Of a stretch of 64,000 nucleotides of DNA, positions 16,547-27,346 are shown piece after piece. Source of the stretch: Alphaproteobacteria bacterium (GTDB taxonomy: Bacteria > Pseudomonadota > Alphaproteobacteria > MPNO01); contig OZ219866.1 of NCBI GenBank assembly GCA_964291675.2, positions 704,001-768,000 on the forward strand, written 5' to 3'. A model generated the notes under the pieces. That model was given only the letters and a program-made list of their open reading frames with translations. It made no database searches and was not told the DNA's origin. The translations under genes and the position numbers were made by a program. Within the stretch, counting starts at the first letter, position 1, and the number at the start of each line of letters is the position of its first letter.

Positions 16547-18892
16547 TTGAAGAGCCGCGCCGAGCTCGAGCGTGAGATCGAGGTCCTGGGGGAGCGCATC
16601 TCCACCTTGAGCGCAGCGGTGCTCCGCCTCGGCTCGAGCCTCGATCTGGCTACCGTGCTGCAGGAGGCCGCCGACAGCGCGCGCGCGCTGACGGGCGCGC
16701 GCTACAGCCTGATCGTCACCATCGACGAGGCGGGCGAGGCGCAGGAATTTGTCACCTCGGGGCTGACCCCGGACGAGCACCGCGAGCTTGCCGAGTGGTC
16801 GGACGGCCCGCGGCTGTTCGCGTATCTCCGCGACCTGCCGGGACCGCTCAGGCTCGGCGATCTGTCGGGGTATATCCGCGCGCTCGGCTTCTCCGACGAG
16901 CTGGTGCGCACCAGGACGATGCACGGCACGCCGATGCGCCACCGCGGCGTGCAGGTCGGCAATTTCTTCCTCGGCGGCAAGGAGGGCGCGGCCGGGTTCA
17001 GCGCCGCGGACGACGAGATGCTGGACCTGTTCGCCTCGCAGGCGGCGGCGGCGATCGTCAACGCGCGCGCCCACCGGCACGAGCGTCGCGCGCGGACCGA
17101 CCTCGAGGCGCTGATCGAGACCACCCCGTTGGGCGTCATCGTGTTCGACGCCCGCACCCGGCGGCCGGTGTCCTCCAACCGGGAGGCGGACCGGCTCATT
17201 GCGACCCTCCGGGCGCCGGGCCGCCCGTTCGAGGAGTTCATGGAGACCGTGACCTGCCGGTTCGGCGACGGGCGCGAGATCGCCCTGAACGAACTGGCGC
17301 TGGCGGCGGAGCTGAAGACCGCCGAGACGGTGCGCGCCGAGGAGATCGTGCTCCAGGCGCCGAACGGGCGGAGCGTGTCGATGCTGGTCAACGCGACGCC
17401 GATCCATGGCGAGGACGGCGAGGTGGAATCGATGGTGGTTACCATGCAGGACCTGGCGCCGCTGGACGAGCTGGACCGCCAGCGCGCGGAGTTCCTGGGC
17501 ATGGTGAGCCACGAGCTGCGCACCCCGCTGGCCGCCATCAAGGGCTCGACCGCGACCGTGCTGGATGCCTCGCCGGCGCTCGACCCGGTCGAGCTGCACC
17601 AGTTCTTCCGGGTCATCGACGAGCAGGCCGACCAGATGCGGGGCCTGATCGGCGACCTCCTGGACGCAGGCCGCATCGACGCGGGCACGCTGTCGGTCTC
17701 GCCGGTGCCGACCGAGCTTCGGGAGCTGGTGGAGCAGGCGCGGAACGCGCTCCAGAACAGCGGCGCCACGCACACCTTCCTCGTCGACCTGCCGCTGGAC
17801 CTGCCCCTTGTGCTAGCCGACGGACCGCGCATCGTGCAGGTGCTGAACAACCTGTTGTGCAATGCCGCCAGGCACTCTCCCGGCTCGTCGCCCATCCGGG
17901 TCGCCGCTTCGCGCGATGGCCCGCTCGTCGCGGTCTCGGTCTCGGATGAGGGCAAGGGGGTGCCGGCGGAGCAGCTGCCGCACCTGTTCCGCAAGCATAG
18001 CGGCCCCGGCGACGACGCCGCGCGCGGTCTCAGGGGATCGGGCCTCGGGCTTGCCATCTGCAAGGGCCTCGTGGAGGCGCATGGCGGGCGCATCCGGGCG
18101 GAGAGCGGCGGGCCGGGCCAGGGCGCCCGGTTCACCTTCACGATCCCGGTCGCCGAGGACGCCGCCCGCGCGCCCGGAGATGCCCGCGACCGCGCCCTGC
18201 CGGCCGGCCGGGAAGGCGCGCCGCTGCCCGTCCTGGTGGTGGACGACGACCCGCGCACGCTGCGCTTCGTGCGCGACGCGCTGACCCAGGCGGGCTACAC
18301 GCCGATCGCCACCGGTGACCACCGCGAGCTCTCCGAGATCGTCAGGGCGAAGCGGCCCTGCCTGGTGCTGCTCGACCTGATGCTGCCCGGCGCGGACGGC
18401 ATCGAGCTCATGGAAACCGTCCCCGAGCTGGCCGACCTGCCGGTCATCTTCATCTCCGCCTACGGGAGGGACGAGACCGTCGCCAGGGCATTGGACAAAG
18501 GCGCCGCCGACTACCTCGTCAAGCCCTTCTCGGCGACCGAGCTGACGGCGCGGATTCAGGCGGCGCTGCGCAAGCGGGCCGGGCCGGAGACCTTCGTCCT
18601 CGGCGATCTCTCCGTCGACTACGACGAGCGGCGGGTGACCGTGGCCGGGCGTGCGGTGCGGATGACCGCCACCGAGTTCGAGCTGCTGCGCCTGCTCGCC
18701 TTGAACGCGGGCCGGGTCTCGACCTACGAATCGCTGATCCGGCAGCTCTGGAACGGGCCCGACTCCGGCGACCCCGACCGCATACGCACCTTCATCAAGC
18801 AGCTGCGCCGCAAGCTCGGCGACGACCCCGCCAGACCGACATACATCCTCAACGAGCGCGGCGTCGGATACCGAATGCCGAAACCGGAATAG
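16547..18892 (+). CDS. Soluble hybrid GAF-PAS-HisKA-HATPase-REC-winged-helix regulator
   Basis: GGAGG + TTG; SHELRTPL, NLLCNA, GSGLGL; VVDDD/LDLMLPG/KPF; KdpE-like QLRRKLGDDP..GVGY; no TM segment. Confidence 0.88.
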   Translation: MKSRAELEREIEVLGERISTLSAAVLRLGSSLDLATVLQEAADSARALTGARYSLIVTIDEAGEAQEFVTSGLTPDEHRELAEWSDGPRLFAYLRDLPGPLRLGDLSGYIRALGFSDELVRTRTMHGTPMRHRGVQVGNFFLGGKEGAAGFSAADDEMLDLFASQAAAAIVNARAHRHERRARTDLEALIETTPLGVIVFDARTRRPVSSNREADRLIATLRAPGRPFEEFMETVTCRFGDGREIALNELALAAELKTAETVRAEEIVLQAPNGRSVSMLVNATPIHGEDGEVESMVVTMQDLAPLDELDRQRAEFLGMVSHELRTPLAAIKGSTATVLDASPALDPVELHQFFRVIDEQADQMRGLIGDLLDAGRIDAGTLSVSPVPTELRELVEQARNALQNSGATHTFLVDLPLDLPLVLADGPRIVQVLNNLLCNAARHSPGSSPIRVAASRDGPLVAVSVSDEGKGVPAEQLPHLFRKHSGPGDDAARGLRGSGLGLAICKGLVEAHGGRIRAESGGPGQGARFTFTIPVAEDAARAPGDARDRALPAGREGAPLPVLVVDDDPRTLRFVRDALTQAGYTPIATGDHRELSEIVRAKRPCLVLLDLMLPGADGIELMETVPELADLPVIFISAYGRDETVARALDKGAADYLVKPFSATELTARIQAALRKRAGPETFVLGDLSVDYDERRVTVAGRAVRMTATEFELLRLLALNAGRVSTYESLIRQLWNGPDSGDPDRIRTFIKQLRRKLGDDPARPTYILNERGVGYRMPKPE

Positions 18893-18987
18893 TAGCGAGG
18901 GCCCCGCGAAGCCGGTCCCGCGCCGCAACCGTTTTCCACGACGTCCCCTGCCGGTCGGCGGCGGCCCGGCCCGCCCGGCCCCATTCG

Positions 18988-19077
18988 CCGAGGCTGGTGG
19001 GCCAGGCGGATCGCGATGCGCAGGACAAGCAGGGCGAGCATCGTTACCCCGGCCGAGATGTGGAGGCCGAACAGCAG
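18988..19077 (-). pseudogene. Cytochrome b561 fragment
   Basis: LLFGLHISAGVTMLALLVLRIAIRLAHQP versus FLFDLHISVGVTLLALLVLRIAIRLIHRP of 9179-9721. Confidence 0.75.
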
Positions 19078-19300
19078 TGAGGTGGCCCCGGTTCGTCGGA
19101 CAGCCTGACCGCTCGGTTAAAATGTATTCCGGTGGAAGTTCAGGCCGGCAGAATCCTCTTGAATCGATCTTCCCGTTGCTGCTGTTGCGCCTGTGGGGAT
19201 GTGGTCAAGGCCCGAAGCGGCTTGTCAATCATATCCACAGGCGTATTGTCCCGGTAGGTCTCGGTCGAGGTTCGGCCTCGCGCAGTAGGACCACGCCGCC
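19078..19300 (-). mobile_element. IS3-family right-end remnant
   Basis: Terminal TGAGGTGGCCCCGGTTCGTCGGACAG; minus strand reads GRTSTETY..PVDMIDKPLRALTTSPQAQQQQ..RILPA*, like a transposase tail; abuts the cytochrome b fragment. Confidence 0.6.
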
Positions 19301-19738
19301 GTCGGCAACCGCGGCGGCGTATCGTCCGGGTGGCCGCGCGGCGGCGCGGGATGCGACGGGCGGTAAGGTCCTGTGGTCACAGGACTTTCTGTCCGTTCAT
19401 GCGAAGAGGGGTGCTGGCGAGAATGGCACCATCGGTGCGGTGCAGATGTTTGCGCGTCGGGGCGCTTCGCATGGGGCAGCTGAAGCGGCGACAGGGCGCT
19501 GGCAGCCTAGTCGACGAAGGTGATTCCCAATAGATTCTCAAGCAAGTACGAAAAAATGAGGTCAGACAGTTCCCGCGCCGCGGGATATCCGGGCTAATGA
19601 GACTCGCCAATTGTCATTAAGGAAATATTTCAACACTCTAACGAGCTACCGCGTCGAAGCGGAACCGAGCGCCACCGACGGAGCCGAGCTTTTCTCCTTG
19701 CCCTCGCGCCCCCGGATCCGCCGACAGGAGAACGCCGA

Positions 19739-20326
19739 ATGAATGGTGACTTGAGCCGAGATGGGGACAGGAGCATCAGGCTCGGCAGGGAGATACGTCA
19801 CTGGCGTCTGGTGAAGGGCCTCACCCTGAAAGACATGGCGAAGCTCGTCGGGTGTTCGGAGAGCCTGTTATCGAAAGTCGAGAACGACCGGACGACTCCC
19901 TCCTTGAGCACGTTGCACAAGATTGCGGTGGCGCTGGACTTGAGTGTCGGCGACATATTCGGGTCCGGGGAGAGTGAAATCGTCACGCGGGCGAACAAGA
20001 GGAATGTGCTCCTTGTCGACGGGGATGAGTCCGACAGGGACCGTATGCGGTTGGAACAGCTTGTTCCGGCCAAGAAGGGCAGATTGCTTCAGTCCGACAT
20101 GTACGTCATACCCCCGGGTGGCGGAAGCAACGGAGACATTCAGCATTCTGGAGAGGAGTTTGGCTTTGTAATGGAGGGGTCGCTTCTCCTTACCATTGAT
20201 AACATGTCCTATCTGCTGGAAGCGGGCGACTCATTCGTCTTTCGTTCTGAGCTGGCACATTCGTTTATCAACAACGGCGATACCGTTGCCCGTGTACTCT
20301 GGGTAAACACGCCTCCCACCTTTTAG
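19739..20326 (+). CDS. XRE-HTH/cupin regulator (PuuR-like)
   Basis: LSKVEN..PSL..L; HSGEE; cupin C-terminus WVNTPPTF. Confidence 0.9.
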   Translation: MNGDLSRDGDRSIRLGREIRHWRLVKGLTLKDMAKLVGCSESLLSKVENDRTTPSLSTLHKIAVALDLSVGDIFGSGESEIVTRANKRNVLLVDGDESDRDRMRLEQLVPAKKGRLLQSDMYVIPPGGGSNGDIQHSGEEFGFVMEGSLLLTIDNMSYLLEAGDSFVFRSELAHSFINNGDTVARVLWVNTPPTF

Positions 20327-20341
20327 CGAACGATGCCGAGT

Positions 20342-20356
20342 GCGCCGACATTCGAA
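20342..20356 (+). repeat. 15-bp direct repeat, copy 1
   Basis: GCGCCGACATTCGAA, identical to 24724-24738. Confidence 0.65.
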
Positions 20357-20453
20357 GTGGGCAGGTCGGTGCGGGATCGTAGGCAGCGTAGGCTATCCGC
20401 CCGGCCCGGGATCACGGATTCTCTTGAGCGCCGCTCGGCGGCTTGCCCCTGGT

Positions 20454-21239
<786 letters not shown>

Positions 21240-21261
21240 GGCGCCGCTCTCCCCTTGCCGT

Positions 21262-21918
21262 TCAGTACGCGCGGCCGAACCGGCGTTCCAGCGCCCCGCC
21301 GGCGAGCGCGATCCCCTCGATGATCAACCAGTAGAGCAGGGCGACCGCCACGTAGGGCTCGAACACCGCGAAGGTCTCGTTGACCATCTGCGTCGTGTTC
21401 TTGGTCAATTCGGCCACCGTGATGATCGAAAGCAAAGCCGATTCCTTGGTCAGGATGATCACCTGATTGGTGGATGGCGGGATGATCAGCGTCAGCATCT
21501 GCGGAATCTGGATCCTGGCGATGATCGATCGGCGCGGAATCCCGAGCATGCGTGCCGCTTCGATCTGTCCGAACGGGATGGATTGAAACCCGGCCCGGAA
21601 GATTTCCGCGAAATACCCGCCGCCATAGAACCCGAGCCCGACGATCCCGACCGTCTCGGCCGCCAGGGTCAGGCCGATCGAGGGGCCGCCATAGTAGACG
21701 ATGAACAGCAGAATCAGGATCGGCGTACCGCGCATGACCTCGATATAGGCCCGGCACAGGAGCTTCGCGGCACGAAAGGGCAGGCCGTATATCAGCGCGG
21801 CCGCAAGGCCGGCGGCGACCGCGAGCAGCGATGCGAGCGCGCAGATATAGACCGTCGTCCACAACCCCGACAGCAGCAACGGTCCGTAGCGAAGCACGAT
21901 ATCGAAATCGAAGGACAC
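21262..21918 (-). CDS. Polar amino acid ABC permease
   Basis: RGTPIL, AEIFRAG, GQIEAA. Confidence 0.92.
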   Translation of the reverse strand: MSFDFDIVLRYGPLLLSGLWTTVYICALASLLAVAAGLAAALIYGLPFRAAKLLCRAYIEVMRGTPILILLFIVYYGGPSIGLTLAAETVGIVGLGFYGGGYFAEIFRAGFQSIPFGQIEAARMLGIPRRSIIARIQIPQMLTLIIPPSTNQVIILTKESALLSIITVAELTKNTTQMVNETFAVFEPYVAVALLYWLIIEGIALAGGALERRFGRAY

Positions 21919-21934
21919 GGTTTTCCCCGACCTC

Positions 21935-22594
21935 CTAGCGCGCCGCCGCGAGGGCGTGGCGCCTCTCGAACCAGGCCCCGGCGCGGGCCAGCACGAGGTT
22001 CATCGCGAGATAGATGACGGCCGCGATCATGTAGGTTTCCAACGGGCGGTAGGTGACGGAGACCACCTGCTGGCTGGTGCGCATGAGCTCGGTCACCGCG
22101 ATCACCGAGATCAGCGACGAGTTCTTGAGGATGCTGATCGTCTCGTTGATGAGCGCGGGGAGCACCAGGCGCATCATCTGCGGGATCAGGATCCGCACCC
22201 TGACGGCCAGGATCCCGATCCCCAACATGCGCGCGGCCTCGACCTGGCCGGAGGGGATGGTCAGGAGCCCGCCCCGGAAGATCTCGGCCTGGAACGCGGC
22301 GGTGTTCATGGTCAGCGCGATGATCGCCGCGGCCACCGGCGGCACGTCCAGGCCGATTTCCGGCAGCAGGTAGAAGACGATCAGGAGCTGCACCAGGATG
22401 GGCGTCCCCCGCCAGGCGCTCCGATAGACCGCGGAGGCCCGCCGGAGCGGCCGGTTGCGGGAGACCAGGCCGAAGGCGAGCCAGAGCCCGAGGATCATGC
22501 CGAGCGCGATGGACACCGCCGAGACCGCAGCGGTCATCGCCGCCCCGACGAGAAAGGCGTTGTAGTGGCTCGCGATGACGCCGAGAAAATCCAC
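21935..22594 (-). CDS. Polar amino acid ABC permease
   Basis: RGTPIL, AEIFRGG, GQVEAA, KNSSL. Confidence 0.92.
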   Translation of the reverse strand: MDFLGVIASHYNAFLVGAAMTAAVSAVSIALGMILGLWLAFGLVSRNRPLRRASAVYRSAWRGTPILVQLLIVFYLLPEIGLDVPPVAAAIIALTMNTAAFQAEIFRGGLLTIPSGQVEAARMLGIGILAVRVRILIPQMMRLVLPALINETISILKNSSLISVIAVTELMRTSQQVVSVTYRPLETYMIAAVIYLAMNLVLARAGAWFERRHALAAAR

Positions 22595-22671
22595 CGGCGA
22601 GACCCGTCAACCCCCGACGCCGGCAGGAGGCACCGCCGTTCGCGGCCGCCCGGCGGTGTCCGCCCGGAGGT

Positions 22672-23529
22672 CTAGTCGCCCGGCACCGGCAGCTTGTCCG
22701 CCGGCAGGACCATGGGCCCGCCGAACCATTTCTTCTGCAGTTCCGTCAGAACCCCGGACCGGTTCAACTTGGCGAGCTGCTCGTCGATGAAGGCGACCAG
22801 AGAAGCGCTTGCGGCATCCTTGCGCCCCGCCCAGCTGAAGTACTTCTTGGGACCGAAGGTTGGCAGCACGAGCTCGAACCCGTCCGGCCGCTTGCGAACC
22901 AGCTCGAGCAGGTTCGGCAGGCTGTTGCAGACGGCGCTGATCCGCCCCGCCGCCAGATCCGCGAAGGCCTCGTTGAAGTCGACGTATGTCTTGATTCCCT
23001 TGACCCCCTTGCCGGTGCTCTCGAGTCCCTTGGCAAAGGCCTGAAGCGCCTGGAGCTGCGCCGAGCCCGCCTGCGAGCCGACCACGTGGCCGGCGATATC
23101 CGCCGGCGCGTCGATCGAATCGTCGCCCCTGCGCTTGACCAGCGCCATGGTGGCGTCGGCGATCGGCAGGCTGAGCGCGTACTTCGCGTAGCGCTCCTTC
23201 GTCACGGTCACCGAGGTGACGACATAGTCGAACTTGGCCGCGGCGAGGCCGGGCAGGATGCCCTGCCACGGAAGATCGAGGCGCTTCAGCTCGACCCCGG
23301 GCAGCGCCTTCATGATGTGCGCCATGATGTCGGTCGAATAGCCCACGATCTTCCCGTCCTCGACGAACTCGAAGGGCGGGAACCGCGCCTCGGTTCCGAC
23401 GACGAATTCGCCCCGTTTCTTGATCTCGGCCAGAAGATCCGCATTGGCCGGGCCGCCGGAGAAGGCGAGGCTCGCTGCGACGGTCGCCCCGAGTGCGACC
23501 GCCCACGCTCGTTTCAATGAGGCCAGCAT
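22672..23529 (-). CDS. ABC substrate-binding protein (family 3)
   Basis: Signal peptide; FPPFEF, WQGILPGL..KFD. Confidence 0.9.
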   Translation of the reverse strand: MLASLKRAWAVALGATVAASLAFSGGPANADLLAEIKKRGEFVVGTEARFPPFEFVEDGKIVGYSTDIMAHIMKALPGVELKRLDLPWQGILPGLAAAKFDYVVTSVTVTKERYAKYALSLPIADATMALVKRRGDDSIDAPADIAGHVVGSQAGSAQLQALQAFAKGLESTGKGVKGIKTYVDFNEAFADLAAGRISAVCNSLPNLLELVRKRPDGFELVLPTFGPKKYFSWAGRKDAASASLVAFIDEQLAKLNRSGVLTELQKKWFGGPMVLPADKLPVPGD

Positions 23530-23622
23530 CTTGATCCTCCGTCATAGACATTGCATTCTATTAAAGAAGATATCACTGGATGACAGCTTAGTGAATCATG
23601 TAATTGGGATGGAAGGCCGGCC

Positions 23623-24627
23623 ATGACATCGAGCAGCAGACGTTCCGGGCTAAGTCTCAACCGCCCGTTCGTCGGCATCCCGTCTTTTCTACGTGCGCCG
23701 ATCGAAACGGACCTCGATATGCTCGATGCCGACATCGCGGTCTTCGGTGTCCCCTTTGACGAAGGTTCGCCCTTCCTCGCCGGCTCGCGCATGGGGCCGC
23801 GCTCGATTCGCGAGCATTCGCTGCGGTTTGCCGACTCGGACGCGGGGTTCTACGACCCCGAGACTCGACGCACCCATCTGGCACACGAGATGGCGAACAA
23901 GACCATCGCCGACGTCGGCGACGTCGACGTATGGCCCACCGACGTCAAGAGCACTTTCGACAACGCGACCGACATGACCAAGGCAATCCTCTCGGCCGGT
24001 GCGCTGCCGGTGATGCTCGGCGGCGACCATTCGGTGACCTACCCGACCGTCAGGGGGTTCGAGGACGAGGAGCCGCTGCACGTCATCCACTTCGACGCCC
24101 ATATCGACTACGCGCCGTTCATCCACGATCTGCGCTTCACCAATGTCCACCCATTTCGCCACATCTCTCCGATGCAGCACGTATTGAGCCTCGCCCAGAT
24201 CGGGATCCGCAGTCTGCGCAGCGCCGAATCCGAAATCCAAGACTCGGTGAACGATGGAAACCGGGTGATGACCATGCGCGAATTCCACGACGTAGGCCCG
24301 AAGGGCGTTGCCGAAGTGGTTCCCCGCGATGCCCGGACCTACGTCAGCATCGACATCGACGTACTCGACTTGCCGCTGATACCTGGATGCGTATCCGCCG
24401 AGCCGAACGGAATGAGCTACGCGGAACTACGCGATACCTTGGCCGCCATCGCCGAACACTGCAATGTGGTCGGGCTCGATCTCGTGGAGGTCAATCCGAC
24501 CCTGGACGTGCGTACCGGCATTACTTCCTACCTCGCCGCGCACACGGTGCTGGAATTCCTCGGCAACATCTGTCGCCAACCGCGCTGGGTACAGCACCGC
24601 GACGTCCGCGCTGAGGTGCGCGGTTGA
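23623..24627 (+). CDS. Ureohydrolase (agmatinase/arginase family)
   Basis: GVPFD, GGDHS, DAHID, SIDIDVLD, VEVNP. Confidence 0.9.
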   Translation: MTSSSRRSGLSLNRPFVGIPSFLRAPIETDLDMLDADIAVFGVPFDEGSPFLAGSRMGPRSIREHSLRFADSDAGFYDPETRRTHLAHEMANKTIADVGDVDVWPTDVKSTFDNATDMTKAILSAGALPVMLGGDHSVTYPTVRGFEDEEPLHVIHFDAHIDYAPFIHDLRFTNVHPFRHISPMQHVLSLAQIGIRSLRSAESEIQDSVNDGNRVMTMREFHDVGPKGVAEVVPRDARTYVSIDIDVLDLPLIPGCVSAEPNGMSYAELRDTLAAIAEHCNVVGLDLVEVNPTLDVRTGITSYLAAHTVLEFLGNICRQPRWVQHRDVRAEVRG

Positions 24628-24702
24628 AACTCGTGGGATTTGGCTGACCGGCCTCCGCTGTCCCCGACCTGGTCCGCCGTTACCTTTTCCGCGCGTCGCA
24701 GT

Positions 24703-24768
24703 AGATCGGCGTTGCGCCCGGTCGCGCCGACATTCGAACCCGCAGTTCGCTGGCCAAAATGTCCGGCG
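24703..24768. repeat. 15-bp direct repeat copy 2 within a bulged inverted repeat
   Basis: CGCCGACATT (24725-24734) pairs with AATGTcCGGCG (24758-24768); CGACATTCGA is also complementary to 24847-24856. Confidence 0.6.
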
Positions 24769-24946
24769 AACTACTCAGTACGGCTCCGCTGCAGCGAAAC
24801 TCCGTTTACATTCAGAAACTTGGAACAGATCAGACCGCGAGTTCGATCGAATGTCGATCCCGGCTGAAACGCGTCCCGAGTCAAGAGTTTTTTCTTGGAG
24901 AGAAATTCGGCGGCGCCGGAGCCCCGGCGGGACAGGCCCGCCCGGC

Positions 24947-25684
24947 CTACAGGTCGGTGCCGAGATAGTACTGCTTGACGAGCTCGTTCTCGCGCAGCGC
25001 ATCGGCGCTCTCGCCGGCGAGCGCCATCTCGCCGTGCACGATGACATAGCCGCGGTCGGCGATCTTGATCGCCTGGTTGAAGTTCTGCTCGGCCATCAGC
25101 ACGGTCAGCCCGTGCTCGTCCTTGAGCTCCTTGATCTTGGCGATCGTCCGGCTGACCAGGATCGGCGCGAGCCCGACCGAGGGCTCATCGATCAGGAGCA
25201 GCCTTGGGGACGACATCAGGGCGCGGGCGATGGCGAGCATCTGCTGCTCGCCGCCGCTCATCGAGCCGGCGAGCTGGCGGCGGCGCTGGGCCAGCACCGG
25301 GAAGGCCTCCAGGCAGAAGGCGAGGTTGTCGGACATCATCGCCCGCGCGGCCCGGCGGAAGGCGCCGAGGGTGAGGTTCTCCTCGACCGTGAGCCGGGGG
25401 AACAGCCGCCGTCCCTCCGGCACCATGCCGATGCCGCGCTCGACCACCTCGCGCGGGGCGAGGCCGACGAGGTCGATGCGCTCGCCGTCGATCTCGACCT
25501 CGATCCTGCCGCTCTCCGGCCGCACGATCCCCATGATGCATTTGAGCAGCGTCGACTTGCCGTTGCCGTTGGTGCCCAGCAGCGCCACCGTCTCGCCGTC
25601 GCGCACGTCGAGCGAGACCCCGTGCAGCACCCGCACCGTGCCGTAGCCGGCCTCCAGCCCCTCGACGGTCAGCTCAATCGCCAA
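24947..25684 (-). CDS. Branched-chain-type ABC ATPase (LivF-like)
   Basis: GTNGNGKS, VPEGRRLF, MSGGEQQM, DEPSVGLAP. Confidence 0.92.
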   Translation of the reverse strand: MAIELTVEGLEAGYGTVRVLHGVSLDVRDGETVALLGTNGNGKSTLLKCIMGIVRPESGRIEVEIDGERIDLVGLAPREVVERGIGMVPEGRRLFPRLTVEENLTLGAFRRAARAMMSDNLAFCLEAFPVLAQRRRQLAGSMSGGEQQMLAIARALMSSPRLLLIDEPSVGLAPILVSRTIAKIKELKDEHGLTVLMAEQNFNQAIKIADRGYVIVHGEMALAGESADALRENELVKQYYLGTDL

Positions 25685-26396
25685 GATACGCCCTCTCGAC
25701 ATCGGGATCGGCGACCACGGCGTCGGGCGCGCCGTCGGCGATCTTCCTGCCGGCATCGAGCACCACGATGCGCTGCGAGAACCGCATCACCGCGCGCATG
25801 ATGTGCTCGATCATGACGATGGTCACCCCGCTCTCGTTGAGGCGGAACAGGATTTCCAGCAGCTCGTCGACCTCGTTCGAGGACAGCCCGGCCATCGCCT
25901 CGTCGGAGATCAGCAGCTGCGGGCGGGCGGCGAGCGCGCGGGCGAGTTCGAGCTTGCGCATCTCGATCTGGGTGAGCCCGGCGGAGATCGCGTCGGCGCG
26001 CGGGCCGAGTCCCATCGACTGGAGGACCTCTTCCGCCCGGTCGTCGCGCTCCGCGCCGGAAGCCCCGGTCGCGTATTCGATGGTGATCGCGAGGTTCTCG
26101 CGCACCGTCTGGCTGCGGAACGGGCGCGGGATCTGGAAGCTGCGCGCGATGCCGAGCCTGGTGCGGCTGTGCGGCTTGAGCCTGCCGAGGTCGCGGCCGC
26201 GGAAGCGGATCGTCCCGGTATAGTTGCCGAGCGCGCCGGAGACGCAGTTGATCATCGTCGTCTTGCCGGAGCCGTTGGGGCCGATCAGACCGAGCCGTTC
26301 GCCCTCGAAGACATCGGCATCGACCGAATCGAGCGCCACGAAGCCGCCGAAGCGCATCGTCAGGTCGCGGACTTCGAGCATGACCTCGCCGGTCAT
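25674..26396 (-). CDS. Branched-chain-type ABC ATPase (LivG-like)
   Basis: GPNGSGKT, RSFQIPRPF, IEH, AYLG. Confidence 0.92.
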   Translation of the reverse strand: MTGEVMLEVRDLTMRFGGFVALDSVDADVFEGERLGLIGPNGSGKTTMINCVSGALGNYTGTIRFRGRDLGRLKPHSRTRLGIARSFQIPRPFRSQTVRENLAITIEYATGASGAERDDRAEEVLQSMGLGPRADAISAGLTQIEMRKLELARALAARPQLLISDEAMAGLSSNEVDELLEILFRLNESGVTIVMIEHIMRAVMRFSQRIVVLDAGRKIADGAPDAVVADPDVERAYLGD

Positions 26397-27343
26397 CGGC
26401 CGCGCCCGAAGTACTTGCGCACCAGGCCGATGATCCCCTCCGGCGCCAGGGTGACGAACAGCACCAGCACGAGGCCGACGATCAGCAGGTTGAGCTCGGA
26501 CGAGATCGTCACGTTGGCGATCTGCTGCGCCGTGCCGAGCAGCAGCGCGCCGATCACCGGCCCCGCCCACATCGTCGTCCCGCCGATCATCGGCATGGCG
26601 ATCGCGTTGACCGCATAGGCGAGGTTGAAGGCCGATACCGGCTCGACGAAGCCGACATAGAGCGGGAACGGCGCCCCGGCGACGCCCATCAGGAAGCCGG
26701 ACAGCGTGGTGGCGATCAGCTTCAGCCTGAGCGTCGGAATGCCGGCGCATTCGGCGGCGAGCTCGTCGTCGCGGATCGCGTGCAGCCCGCGCCCGAACTT
26801 GGCGCGCTCGATCCAGCGCGCCGCCGCCACCGCGATGACGGCAAGCACCAGCATCATGAAGGTCAGGAACTTCACGTAGTCGCCGAAGGGCTCCAGCATG
26901 CGCGGGCGGATGACATACGCCCCCGTCGCGCCGCCGACATAGTCCCAGTTGACCATCAGGGTCTCGAGCACGACGGCGAGCGCCAGCGTGCCGATGGCGA
27001 AATAGACCCCGCGCAGCCTGAGCGTCAGGTAGCCCATGCCGAGCCCCATCAGCCCGCAGACGATGCCGGAGACCGGGATCATGACGAGCAGAGGCGCCTT
27101 GATCAGGTTGTACATCACGATCGCGGTATAGGCGCCGATGGCGAAGAACCCGGCGCTGCCGAAGTTCACGTAGCCCATATAGCCGCCCATGATGTTCCAG
27201 GCGGTCGCCAGCACCACGTATTGCAGCACCACATAGGCGGCGAAGAACCAGAAGCTGTTGGCGATGATGTCGGTCATCGCCAGCAGCAGGCCGGCGGCGA
27301 TCACCGCCCCCGCGCCGATCCAGAAGCGCGTCATGCCCGCCAC
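26393..27343 (-). CDS. Branched-chain-type ABC permease (LivM-like)
   Basis: WNIMGGYMGY, LRLRGVYFAI, AIRDDE, PEGI. Confidence 0.92.
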   Translation of the reverse strand: MAGMTRFWIGAGAVIAAGLLLAMTDIIANSFWFFAAYVVLQYVVLATAWNIMGGYMGYVNFGSAGFFAIGAYTAIVMYNLIKAPLLVMIPVSGIVCGLMGLGMGYLTLRLRGVYFAIGTLALAVVLETLMVNWDYVGGATGAYVIRPRMLEPFGDYVKFLTFMMLVLAVIAVAAARWIERAKFGRGLHAIRDDELAAECAGIPTLRLKLIATTLSGFLMGVAGAPFPLYVGFVEPVSAFNLAYAVNAIAMPMIGGTTMWAGPVIGALLLGTAQQIANVTISSELNLLIVGLVLVLFVTLAPEGIIGLVRKYFGRGR

Positions 27344-27346
27344 CGG

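Noticed and set aside
23530-23622. Guanidine riboswitch near the ureohydrolase
   Set aside because: Short AT-rich divergent promoter region with no ACGR hairpins or ykkC motif.
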